NCBI GenBank assembly: GCA_964549615.1
Contig: CAZJVP010000081.1
Span: 22,892-86,891, forward strand
Source of the DNA: an uncultured Thermococci archaeon
Lineage (GTDB): Archaea > CAYQAE01 > CAYVLA01
Length of the DNA: 64,000 nt
Direction of reading: 5' to 3'
Position 1 is the first letter of the stretch; each line of letters opens with the position of its first letter. The translations under genes were made by a program, and so were the position numbers. The notes beneath the pieces were generated by a model. The model searched no databases. It saw only the letters and a list, made by a program, of their open reading frames with translations, and was not told the origin of the DNA. Shown in pieces: positions 46,433-54,941 of this stretch.

Positions 46433-46886
46433 CGAGCCATATCTCGACGTTCGTGGTGGGACTGTCGAAAGAGTCGACGCGTCCCCTTGCCCTGTGCCTG
46501 AATCCCCTTATGATGAAGCCCTTCCTCGCGCTCGCATGCCTGATGAACAGCGAATCCTCATCAAGGCCCTTGTACTTGGCGTTGCTCCTAGCGTTCTCCA
46601 AGAGTTCCATAATGGCCTTGGTGGCAGCGACGGGGCTCCGGCCCGAGTGCCACTTGTTCAGAGACTTCTTATGCGAGAGCTTCTTGCAGTGCGTCTTGTA
46701 AGGAACCGCCTGGATGCCCGCAACGACCTTGTCCAGATACTCCAGGGCCTCATCTAGGTTCATTCCCCGGATCTCCCTACAGATCTCCATGGCGTCCTTG
46801 TGCGATATCCTCATCTCCCTGCCCATCGCCTTGGCGACCCTCGCAGGATCGTGTTTCTTGTTGTAGGAGTATCCGAACCTGACCAT
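46422..46886 (-). CDS. rpl22: 50S ribosomal protein uL22
   Basis: IS.K...EIC..IRG, NA..NA..KGL, RA.GR. Confidence 0.94.
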   Translation of the reverse strand: MVRFGYSYNKKHDPARVAKAMGREMRISHKDAMEICREIRGMNLDEALEYLDKVVAGIQAVPYKTHCKKLSHKKSLNKWHSGRSPVAATKAIMELLENARSNAKYKGLDEDSLFIRHASARKGFIIRGFRHRARGRVDSFDSPTTNVEIWLGEK

Positions 46887-46894
46887 ATGACCGC

Positions 46895-47296
46895 CTATTT
46901 CAGTGGAACATACTTCGAGCTCTTGGTTGCGCCGACCCCGGGGGCGCTGTGAACGACCTTCTCCCTCGTCTGGACGAACTCGCCGATATAGTGCCCGATC
47001 ATCTCAGGCTGGACTGCGAACCTCTGGAACCCTTTGCCGCCGTAGACCTCCATCTCAAGGCCGACCATCTCGGGGAGCACGATGAAATCCCTGCAATGAG
47101 TCCTGATGACCTGCCCTTTCTTGCCCGACCGGACAGCATCCCTTATGTTCTCGATGAGGTTCTTGTGTCTCTTGGAGAAACCGCGGCTGATCGATCTTCT
47201 CTGCCGAGCTGGCAACAGCTTCAGGAATTCCTCGAATGACATCGACGAGAGCTCCTCCAGCGATTTGCCCCTGTATGTGAACTTCTTTCTTGCCAG
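46895..47296 (-). CDS. rps19: 30S ribosomal protein uS19 (probable CTG start)
   Basis: IRTHCRD, PEMIGHY.GEF, PGVGAT.SS...P.K; conserved N-terminus ARKKFTYRG follows CTG at 47296. Confidence 0.93.
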   Translation of the reverse strand: MARKKFTYRGKSLEELSSMSFEEFLKLLPARQRRSISRGFSKRHKNLIENIRDAVRSGKKGQVIRTHCRDFIVLPEMVGLEMEVYGGKGFQRFAVQPEMIGHYIGEFVQTREKVVHSAPGVGATKSSKYVPLK

Positions 47297-47307
47297 ACGA
47301 TCATCCC

Positions 47308-48042
47308 CTACTCGGCAACTTTCTTTGACACCCTCTTGCCCACCCCAGTTCTTCTAGCGGCGATGTGGCCGACCTTCCTTCCTGGGGGAGCGTCCCGCCC
47401 GACGCACGACGGCCTCCCCAGGTGCTGATGCCCACCGCCGCCATGGGGGTGATCGCAAACATTCATCGCCACGCCCCTGACCCGCGGGTACAGCTTGTTC
47501 GAAGCCTTCCTATCCATGAACCGCTTTCCCGCCTTCAGGAACGGCTTTTCCTTTCGACCGCCCGCGGAGACCATGCCGATCGTTGCCCTGCACCTTGGAT
47601 CCAGGACCTTCACGCTCCCTGACGGAAGCTGGACCGTCGCGCTCCCAATGTCGTGCGAGATTACGGACGCATAGCAGCCGCCCGCACGCACGAGCTTTGG
47701 TCCAGAGCCAGGACGAGTTTCGATGCCGAAGATCAGAGTTCCCTCCGGTATCTCCGCCAGGGACAAGGTGTTGCCCGGCTCAACCGGTGCAGATGCCCCG
47801 CACCTGATGACCTCGCCCACACGGATTCCCTGTGGAGCCAAGACCAACCTCTCGTCGCCATTCCTGTACCTTACCCTCGCGACGATACCCGTCCTTGTGG
47901 GGTCGTGCAGCAAATCGATCACTTGGGCATCGGTATCAGACCGTAGGGCGGGATAGCTAATGCTGCCGGGCGATTTGAACGTTGGCGCCCGGTAAGTCGG
48001 CGAGCCCCTGCCCCTTCTCTGGCTGATTATGTTCCTTCCCAT
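47308..48042 (-). CDS. rpl2: 50S ribosomal protein uL2
   Basis: QRRGRG, HDP.R, VRGVAMN..DHPHGGG, PPGRKVG.IAARRTG. Confidence 0.97.
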   Translation of the reverse strand: MGRNIISQRRGRGSPTYRAPTFKSPGSISYPALRSDTDAQVIDLLHDPTRTGIVARVRYRNGDERLVLAPQGIRVGEVIRCGASAPVEPGNTLSLAEIPEGTLIFGIETRPGSGPKLVRAGGCYASVISHDIGSATVQLPSGSVKVLDPRCRATIGMVSAGGRKEKPFLKAGKRFMDRKASNKLYPRVRGVAMNVCDHPHGGGGHQHLGRPSCVGRDAPPGRKVGHIAARRTGVGKRVSKKVAE

Positions 48043-48311
48043 CAGAGAACACCAAGCCTAGTCGCGATTTCCTCGGCGCTATACTCGGGCGTAAGCTGGA
48101 CGTAGGCCTTCTTGACCCCCTTTGCCGCGTTGACGACGTTGAGCTTGGCCACCTTCACGTCGTAGAGCTCCTCCACGGCCCTGGAGATCGTTCGCTTGTC
48201 GGCCGCCTTTGCCACTACGAAAACGAGCTTATTCTCCATCTCCATGAGCCTGAGAACTTTCTCGCTTGCAACGGGATATAGAACGATGCTCCTTGAATCC
48301 ATCTCAGCCAT
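48042..48311 (-). CDS. rpl23: 50S ribosomal protein uL23
   Basis: P..SEK....E.ENKL.F.V, KKAY..L. Confidence 0.94.
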   Translation of the reverse strand: MAEMDSRSIVLYPVASEKVLRLMEMENKLVFVVAKAADKRTISRAVEELYDVKVAKLNVVNAAKGVKKAYVQLTPEYSAEEIATRLGVL

Positions 48312-49068
48312 GGATCTCACCTACCTTCTGGAGAGCCGAAAGAGTCCACACCGAGAGCCTTCCGGCAACCCCGCCCGGCGCAAGGAGCTCGGCGTTCAGG
48401 TTCTCCGATCTCGCCACATCGACGCCCGGGAGGTTGGACAAGGCCTTTTCCGCCGGACACGCATCATGAACGACGAAGAGCGGTCCCTTCGGGACCCTCC
48501 GCCTCCTTCCCCGCATCTTGCCCTTCCCTGGCCTCTGCTTCCTGCCCCTGCGAAGCCTCTCCATCTCCTCGCCCAGGCCAATCTTCAGGAGAGTCTCCTT
48601 GAGGTCCTTCGCCTTTGAAATCTCCCGAAAGTCGTCGGAAACGACGATCGGCAACGGCCGGTCATCTATCCGGTGACCCCTCCTCCTCACAAGATCTGGC
48701 TGGCAAGTGGCAGCAATCGCTGATTTGATGGCCAGAAGCCTTTCCTTATCGTTGATCTTCTTGTGGATCTTCTTCTGAACCTTGGGAGGATGAGCCCGGC
48801 GTCCCCCCACGGCCTGGGGAACGAAAGCTGCTTCATGTCGGCCGCTCTTCGTCCTCCGGACCCTAGCCATCCCGCGCCCCTTTCCTATCGACTCGGCACT
48901 GGTCTGCTTGCCGGCGACCTCGGACGGGGCGTGTGGCTGGAACCTGGCGGACTGGGCCGAAATCACCGCCCGTCTGATCAAGTCCTCCCTGAGGGTAGTC
49001 GAGAAGACCTTCGGCAGCTCCACCTCATCGGTCGAGGATCCATCCAGGGAATACACTTTGACCTTCAT
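48304..49068 (-). CDS. rpl4: 50S ribosomal protein uL4
   Basis: SAES.G.GRG.AR, GGRRAHPP, LLAPGG..GRL. Confidence 0.96.
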   Translation of the reverse strand: MKVKVYSLDGSSTDEVELPKVFSTTLREDLIRRAVISAQSARFQPHAPSEVAGKQTSAESIGKGRGMARVRRTKSGRHEAAFVPQAVGGRRAHPPKVQKKIHKKINDKERLLAIKSAIAATCQPDLVRRRGHRIDDRPLPIVVSDDFREISKAKDLKETLLKIGLGEEMERLRRGRKQRPGKGKMRGRRRRVPKGPLFVVHDACPAEKALSNLPGVDVARSENLNAELLAPGGVAGRLSVWTLSALQKVGEIHG

Positions 49069-49072
49069 GCGA

Positions 49073-50074
49073 TCACTTTCCCTGGCAGGATGCAACCGAA
49101 ACCGCCGTCAGGTCTGGGATTCCGTCCGGAAGGTGTTTCCACGGGCGCACCGGCTTCCTCAAGTTTATGAGCCTCTTCGTAGGCCCCGGCGTCGAACCTG
49201 CGAGCAGGGCGTACTCATTGTCCACCTGACCGTACCTTAGAAAGCCGCCCTTTGGATTGATGGGGGATTCCGAATTGCCGATCCGGAGCAACCTCTTGTT
49301 GAACTCGGTTCTTTGGTGATAGCCCGTCTGGCCGGCAAGCGGAACGCTCCACATGATCTGATGGGGATGCCATGGCCCAAGGCTGCCGGGATTGCGCCTT
49401 GCGTCATTGGTCTTACGGTTCCTTATCCTGATGCCAAACCTCTTGACCGGGCCCTGGAAGCCCTTTCCCTTCGTAACGGCAGTCACGTCGACGAGTTCCC
49501 CCGACCTAAAGACGTCAGAGACCCTGATCTCCTTGCCGAGAAGGCCCTTCGCGTATGCGAACTTCTCCTTCGCCGATGGCCCTCCCAGCCCAATCTCGAT
49601 GATGTCGGGCTTCTTCTTCAGGCCGGTAAGCCGGGGCAGGGTGTGTACGAGCACCGTTACGTCGGATGCGGAGTCGAGCAGCGCCTCCATTTCAGCGATG
49701 CGCTTTTCAAAGTCCATCTGCTTTGGGAGGCGTTTGACCCGTCTGGCCAGATCCTTGTCAATCTGATCGTGCCAAACCTCCGAGATGACGAATTTTCCAA
49801 ACTTGTTGGTCGAGTAGGCCCGAACCCCGAACACCTTGACCGGCGGGCAGTCAACCACGGTCGCCGCCCTCAGAACCTCTTTGCCCTTCTCCGGGGAGTT
49901 CGGCCGATCCTCGATCATGTGAACATGCGTCATGCCGGCCTTGTACGCCGGGAACCCCAGCAGGCCGAGCTTCTCGCTCGCGGGCCAACATCTAACCCTT
50001 CCGGCGTGACGGCTAGCTCTTGCGCGCGGATGAAACGCCAAGGACCCTCTCTTTGGTCTTCGTATGTTGCCCAC
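49073..50074 (-). CDS. rpl3: 50S ribosomal protein uL3
   Basis: P.RGSL.F.PR, YKAGMTH, TKGKGFQGPVKR, GYHQRTE.NKR. Confidence 0.97.
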   Translation of the reverse strand: MGNIRRPKRGSLAFHPRARASRHAGRVRCWPASEKLGLLGFPAYKAGMTHVHMIEDRPNSPEKGKEVLRAATVVDCPPVKVFGVRAYSTNKFGKFVISEVWHDQIDKDLARRVKRLPKQMDFEKRIAEMEALLDSASDVTVLVHTLPRLTGLKKKPDIIEIGLGGPSAKEKFAYAKGLLGKEIRVSDVFRSGELVDVTAVTKGKGFQGPVKRFGIRIRNRKTNDARRNPGSLGPWHPHQIMWSVPLAGQTGYHQRTEFNKRLLRIGNSESPINPKGGFLRYGQVDNEYALLAGSTPGPTKRLINLRKPVRPWKHLPDGIPDLTAVSVASCQGK

Positions 50075-50177
50075 GAGATATCCTCCGACGTGGGTCTTGA
50101 ATCCTCTCGAGGAGAAAGGCCACGCACCGCAGTTTGGTCGGCGGCGCGAACCCAGCAGGGAAAGGTGTCGGCCGGCT

Positions 50178-50193
50178 CTTTATAAACGTTTTC
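50178..50193 (-). promoter_or_regulatory. Putative BRE/TATA promoter of the ribosomal superoperon
   Basis: Minus-strand GAAAACGTTTATAAAG about 100 nt upstream of rpl3. Confidence 0.65.
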
Positions 50194-50286
50194 TCGGAGA
50201 TCTATATAGTACTTTGTTAGAGAACCGTTCGGTCCAACGAAAAAGCATTCTTAAGATCCCCGCAGGCCCGCCCTCACGTGAGTGGG

Positions 50287-50877
50287 ATGGTCCTTGGGAG
50301 GAACGAGATCACCCGCAGGATCCGAGAAGGCCAACTCGTGTCCAATCTGACGGACAAGACGCAGATTCAGCAGGCCGGGATCGATCTGACCGTGGGCAAG
50401 GTCTATGAATTGGTGGGCGAGGGTGCGCTGGACTTCGACAACTCCAAGAGGGTCATATGCAGATACTCCGAGATCGAGCCACAGGGCTCTTTCTGGGACC
50501 TCGAGCCCGGAGTCTACCACTGCGCCATGAACGAGTGGATAAGCATACCGCCTGACCTATGCGGCTTGCTTCTGCCAAGGAGCTCGGCCTTGGCATGCGG
50601 GATCCACATACACTCAGCTCTCTGGGACCCAGGTTACAACGGACGGTCATTCATACACACACACGCGACGAGGAAGGTCAGGATCTACAGGAATGCGAGG
50701 ATCGCGCAGATGGTGTTTCTTCGCGTATTCGGCGAGACCACCAGCTACACGGGTGCGTATCTGGGCGAGGATGTGTTCACCCTGGGAAGGAGGGGAACCC
50801 AGAAGAGACTTGACCAATCGCACCCGAAATCGAGGGGCAAAGACTTTTCAGAACGTGGGGCATCGCAGGGGACATGA
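50287..50877 (+). CDS. Trimeric dUTPase (dCTP deaminase/dUTPase family)
   Basis: Q.AGIDLT, PRSS, WDPGY.G, ARIAQMVF; the deaminase Glu is not evident. Confidence 0.85.
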   Translation: MVLGRNEITRRIREGQLVSNLTDKTQIQQAGIDLTVGKVYELVGEGALDFDNSKRVICRYSEIEPQGSFWDLEPGVYHCAMNEWISIPPDLCGLLLPRSSALACGIHIHSALWDPGYNGRSFIHTHATRKVRIYRNARIAQMVFLRVFGETTSYTGAYLGEDVFTLGRRGTQKRLDQSHPKSRGKDFSERGASQGT

Positions 50878-51782
50878 AGAGCAGAACGCTCTTCTACACG
50901 CCCGGGGCGGAGGACCTAGCAGAACCATTGGGCAGGGCCCTGGGAGTTCAGCTTCACCCCATCTACCTCAATCAGTTCCCAGACTCCGAGTGGTACGTCA
51001 GGATCCCGGAGCAGACATCCGATCCGAATCCCATTCTTGTGCACAGGCTCTTTCCGAGCCAGAATGACTCCCTGATCCAGCTGATGCTCATACTCTCCGA
51101 GCTGAACGAGAGAGGCCAGAAGCCAATACTCGTGGCTCCCTACCTGCCGTACGCCAAAATGCACAAGAAGGTCAAGCCGGGCGAAGTTGTGAGTGCGAGG
51201 ACGATCACCGGTTGGCTTTCCGGGCTGACAAACGAGATCGTGACCCTGGATTGCCACTTCGTCAAGATGGAGGGGAAGGCCAGCATCTGGGGCGCCAATT
51301 TGGCCAACCTGAGTGCTGGTGGAATGCTCGTTCAGTACGCCAGGGAGCGGGATAAGGATCCCGTGATAGTGTCGCCGGACGAGGGGGCGCAGTACCTTGC
51401 CCGAGGCCCGGGGGAGAAGTTCACCCTCAGGAAGGTGCGGGGAGAGTACGAGCAGGGCGCGTCCGGCTTCCAGAGGTACTCGAAGACCGAGGGACAGTTG
51501 GAGGTGGCGGGAAGGGCAGTCTACCTGATTGACGATATGATCTCGACCGGGGGAACGATGATCAAGGCCATCTCCATGGCCAGGGAAGCTGGAGCATCCA
51601 AGATCGTTGCTTTGGCTACGCACGGCCTGTTCGTACATCAAGCCGACGTCCGGATGGCCGAGGCGGGCGCAGATCGCATCGTCGTGACGAACAGCATAAG
51701 AAGCCCTTACTCAGAGCTTGACGTAGTGCCCTTGATGGCAGCATATCTTTCGTCAAGCGTGTTTGGGACCAAGCCCGCCTGA
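50874..51782 (+). CDS. prs: Ribose-phosphate pyrophosphokinase
   Basis: FPD.E.YVR, PYLPYA, SPDEGA, DDMISTGGT, ATHGLF, TNSI. Confidence 0.9.
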   Translation: MKSRTLFYTPGAEDLAEPLGRALGVQLHPIYLNQFPDSEWYVRIPEQTSDPNPILVHRLFPSQNDSLIQLMLILSELNERGQKPILVAPYLPYAKMHKKVKPGEVVSARTITGWLSGLTNEIVTLDCHFVKMEGKASIWGANLANLSAGGMLVQYARERDKDPVIVSPDEGAQYLARGPGEKFTLRKVRGEYEQGASGFQRYSKTEGQLEVAGRAVYLIDDMISTGGTMIKAISMAREAGASKIVALATHGLFVHQADVRMAEAGADRIVVTNSIRSPYSELDVVPLMAAYLSSSVFGTKPA

Positions 51783-51812
51783 ACGTTGACCCCGACGCAT
51801 TCCCGCTTCCAG

Positions 51813-52199
51813 CTAGGCCTTCTCTATCCTGATCTTGGACCCAGACGAAAACTTGCCGAGGCTGGAGAGGTCTCCTACGACCTTCCCAAAAACGTTCACG
51901 GGGCTAGCCGGCCTGATCTCATCCCCCCTCGATGCGGGGGTCTTCCCAAAGAAAATGCAGAAGGCATTGCCCGGTGGCCAGTAGGCAAGGTCGCCCTTCT
52001 CTACGACTTCCTGCGGGTTCTCCGGGCCCACGCGAACTGGGATCCGGAAGTAGATCTCCTCACCCCAAGTCTGACCTCGTGCCTCTATGGGCAAGGCTTC
52101 GATGATCTTCTCAGCCGTCTTTGGGCTCTTGTCCCCCGTTATCTCCCCCTTAAGCACGCCTATCTCATCCGACCTAATGAGTATGGCGACTCTTGCCAT
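51813..52199 (-). CDS. Cyclophilin-like fold protein (DUF369 type)
   Basis: WGEEIYF, GDLAYWPPG.AFCIFFG.TP, VNVFG. Confidence 0.85.
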   Translation of the reverse strand: MARVAILIRSDEIGVLKGEITGDKSPKTAEKIIEALPIEARGQTWGEEIYFRIPVRVGPENPQEVVEKGDLAYWPPGNAFCIFFGKTPASRGDEIRPASPVNVFGKVVGDLSSLGKFSSGSKIRIEKA

Positions 52200-52343
52200 G
52201 TTTTCCCCTCCGTCCGCGGGGGTGTTGACACAAGCGTGCAAGCCTAATAACTTGTATGCCACCTAGCGGAAACGCTTGGGCTTGGGGATTTCGGGCGGCG
52301 CTAATAACACATAATAGCCTCGTAGCCCGAGCCACCGAACGGT

Positions 52344-53639
52344 ATGCTCGATATCAAACTGATTCGAGAAAATCCGGAAGTAATTAGAAGAAATCTTCGA
52401 GTTCGGTTTCAGGAAGATAGACTCCCGATCCTAGAGGAGATCATCCGCCTCGACAGCGATTGGAGGCGGGGACAGGACAGGCTCAATCAACTGAGGCATG
52501 ATAAGAACCTCCTCGATAGGAAGATCAACGAAATCAGGGCGGCCGGCAAGGACCCAAGCAAGGAAATCGATGCGAGCAGGGAGCTTGATAGGACCATCCG
52601 GGAACTCGAATCCGATGTGAGATCGCACAGATCAGCGCTTGATCAACACATGCTTCGGCTCCCCAACATCGCCCACGAATCGGCCCCGGTGGGAAAAAGC
52701 GAGCTCGACAATGTTGAGGTTAGGAGCTGGGGTGGAAAGCCCAAGTTCCCGACGCCCCCGAAGGACCACATAGAGCTATGTCTTGAGCTGGATCTCGTAG
52801 ACCTTGAGAGAGCCGCCTCGGTGTCCGGGGCGCGTTGGTACTATCTGAAGAACGAGGCGGTCCTTTTGCAAATGGCACTCATGAGGTTCGCCATGGATAG
52901 GCTTTGCGAGAAAGGCTTCATTCCCATATACCCGCCGGCGATGATCAGGGAACGCATCATGCAGGGGGCAGGCTACCTTCCCGAGGGGCGAGATGACATC
53001 TACAAGATCGAGGGCGAAGATCTCTTCGTGGTAGGAACCTCGGAACAAGCCCTCGCGGGCCTCCACGAGAACGAGATACTGGATGAAAGCGAGCTGCCAA
53101 AAAGGTATGCCGGCATCTCCCCCTGTTTCCGAACCGAGGCGGGAAGCCACGGCAGGGACACCAAGGGCATCTTCAGGGTACATCAGTTCGAGAAGGTAGA
53201 GATGTTCGTGTTCTGTCTACCGGAGCAGTCGTGGGAGGAACACGAGAGGATGATCGCGATCGCCGAGGAGCTCGTCCGAGACCTAAACCTGCCCTACAGG
53301 GTTGTCAATGCGTGCACGAGCGAGCTCGGGGTGACAGCGGCAAAGAAGTATGACCTCGAACTCTGGCTACCCGGACAGGGCAGGTACCGTGAGGCAGTAT
53401 CCTGCAGCAACTGCACCGACTACCAAGCCAGAAGACTGGGGATCCGTTGCAGGGAGGGACCAGGAAAACCAACCAGATTCGTCCACACTCTGAACAGCAC
53501 CGCGATGGCAAGCTCAAGGACCCTGATAGCGATAATCGAGAACTATCAGACGGCCGACGGCAAGGTCGTAGTCCCGCAGGCCCTGAGGCCTTACCTCCCC
53601 AAGATCGAAGCCATCCAAAGGGGTGATCGCCGATCTTGA
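52344..53639 (+). CDS. serS: Serine--tRNA ligase (bacterial/eukaryotic type)
   Basis: MLDIKLIR, GTSE, CFR.EAG, RVHQFEKVE, SCSNCTDYQARRL, HTLNST. Confidence 0.97.
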   Translation: MLDIKLIRENPEVIRRNLRVRFQEDRLPILEEIIRLDSDWRRGQDRLNQLRHDKNLLDRKINEIRAAGKDPSKEIDASRELDRTIRELESDVRSHRSALDQHMLRLPNIAHESAPVGKSELDNVEVRSWGGKPKFPTPPKDHIELCLELDLVDLERAASVSGARWYYLKNEAVLLQMALMRFAMDRLCEKGFIPIYPPAMIRERIMQGAGYLPEGRDDIYKIEGEDLFVVGTSEQALAGLHENEILDESELPKRYAGISPCFRTEAGSHGRDTKGIFRVHQFEKVEMFVFCLPEQSWEEHERMIAIAEELVRDLNLPYRVVNACTSELGVTAAKKYDLELWLPGQGRYREAVSCSNCTDYQARRLGIRCREGPGKPTRFVHTLNSTAMASSRTLIAIIENYQTADGKVVVPQALRPYLPKIEAIQRGDRRS

Positions 53640-54109
53640 CCATCGATGCGAGGCTTGCGTACGTGGCCTTGTTCGGCACAGGAGTCGCCCTAGGCTACAT
53701 CATCGCCCTGCGCATCGCATCGAACAGGCTCCGAAGCCTAGACTTGCTGTGGCAGGAGAGAGTTGAGCAGCGCGTGAGAAGCGAGCTCGCGGAGCGCGAA
53801 GAAGAACTCCGCAGGGACGCAGCGAATAGAAGCGGCAGGGCCCTGTCCGGGCGGGTTCTTGAGAGATTCTGTCCTCTACTAAAACAGTTCCCGTTCGACC
53901 CGCATGATGCGGTGTGGATAGGCAGCCCGGTGGATTTCATCGTTTTCGATGGCCTGTCTGAGGATCGAGAGGAAGGCTCCTCCCTAAGGCAGGTAGTTTT
54001 CCTCGAGGTCAAGTCCGGCGCTGGGGAGCTGTCGAAAGCACAGAGAAGACTGAGGGAGACCGTCCGTCGGGGCAGGGTCTCGTGGGAGGAAGTTAGGATC
54101 GAACACTAG
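53636..54109 (+). CDS. Membrane-anchored Holliday-junction-resolvase-like PD-(D/E)xK endonuclease
   Basis: N-terminal TM, coiled coil, E...P, G.PVDFIVFDG, EVKSG...LS..Q. Confidence 0.85.
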   Translation: MTIDARLAYVALFGTGVALGYIIALRIASNRLRSLDLLWQERVEQRVRSELAEREEELRRDAANRSGRALSGRVLERFCPLLKQFPFDPHDAVWIGSPVDFIVFDGLSEDREEGSSLRQVVFLEVKSGAGELSKAQRRLRETVRRGRVSWEEVRIEH

Positions 54110-54189
54110 GCGCCATCGCCGCGTGCCCCGCGCTTCACGGGCCGCACGGAACAGCTATAAGCGAAACGAATGGGACATCAGGGGATTGC

Positions 54190-54936
54190 TTGGTCGAAGG
54201 AAATCCAGAAGCGGGTGAAGCGGAGGGGCTGATTTCCAATGCGATCATCGTGGCCTGCATCATAGGAATAGTCATCGTCGCAGCCCTGATCGTCCTGACC
54301 CCAAGGAGCAAGGAGGAGTTCACCCAGCTCTGGCTCAAACCATGGAAGCTTAACCTCGCTAACCTTTCCGCCCAGGACCCGATATTCGATGTGCTCGCGC
54401 CGGAGGCCGAAAGCTCGCCGATAACGGCTTCGTCGGTCTTCGGAAGGAAGTTCTATGTGGAATGCTCCTCCCTCCGGCTGGGGTTGTCGACCGACCTCCG
54501 CACTACCGGGACCTATTCGGACTTCGCTTCGTGTTTCTCGAGGTCCTACTCGCCGGGCGACACCATCTGGCTGGGAAACAACGCCTTGTATCTTGACGCG
54601 ATAGATGCGGAAAGTTACCAGATTCTCTTCTTCGAGTACCCGAGGTTCCTGTACTCCCGCAGGGTCAGGTTCGCGTTTGTCGTGGAGAACGACCTCGGCC
54701 GAGATCACGAGTATCAATTCAGGGTGAACCTCACGATCGGAAACCTGTCGGCGACGAAGGTCCTGCAGAAGATCGCGGTTGACGACGGCCAGCAGAAGAC
54801 ATGCGTCGTTGAGTTCTTCCTCACAAGCGAGGAGGTTGCCCTCATACTTGGCCCGGCCGCCCAGAACGCGAAGGTCAGCGTTCAGCTCGATACCGGGGAA
54901 GAGGTATTCTTCTGGATTGGCAGCACCCGAGAGTAG
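54190..54936 (+). CDS. DUF1616-like single-pass membrane protein
   Basis: TM followed by P...E.FTQL, VEN..G....Y and terminal EVFFWI. Confidence 0.55.
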   Translation: MVEGNPEAGEAEGLISNAIIVACIIGIVIVAALIVLTPRSKEEFTQLWLKPWKLNLANLSAQDPIFDVLAPEAESSPITASSVFGRKFYVECSSLRLGLSTDLRTTGTYSDFASCFSRSYSPGDTIWLGNNALYLDAIDAESYQILFFEYPRFLYSRRVRFAFVVENDLGRDHEYQFRVNLTIGNLSATKVLQKIAVDDGQQKTCVVEFFLTSEEVALILGPAAQNAKVSVQLDTGEEVFFWIGSTRE

Positions 54937-54941
54937 GTCCC

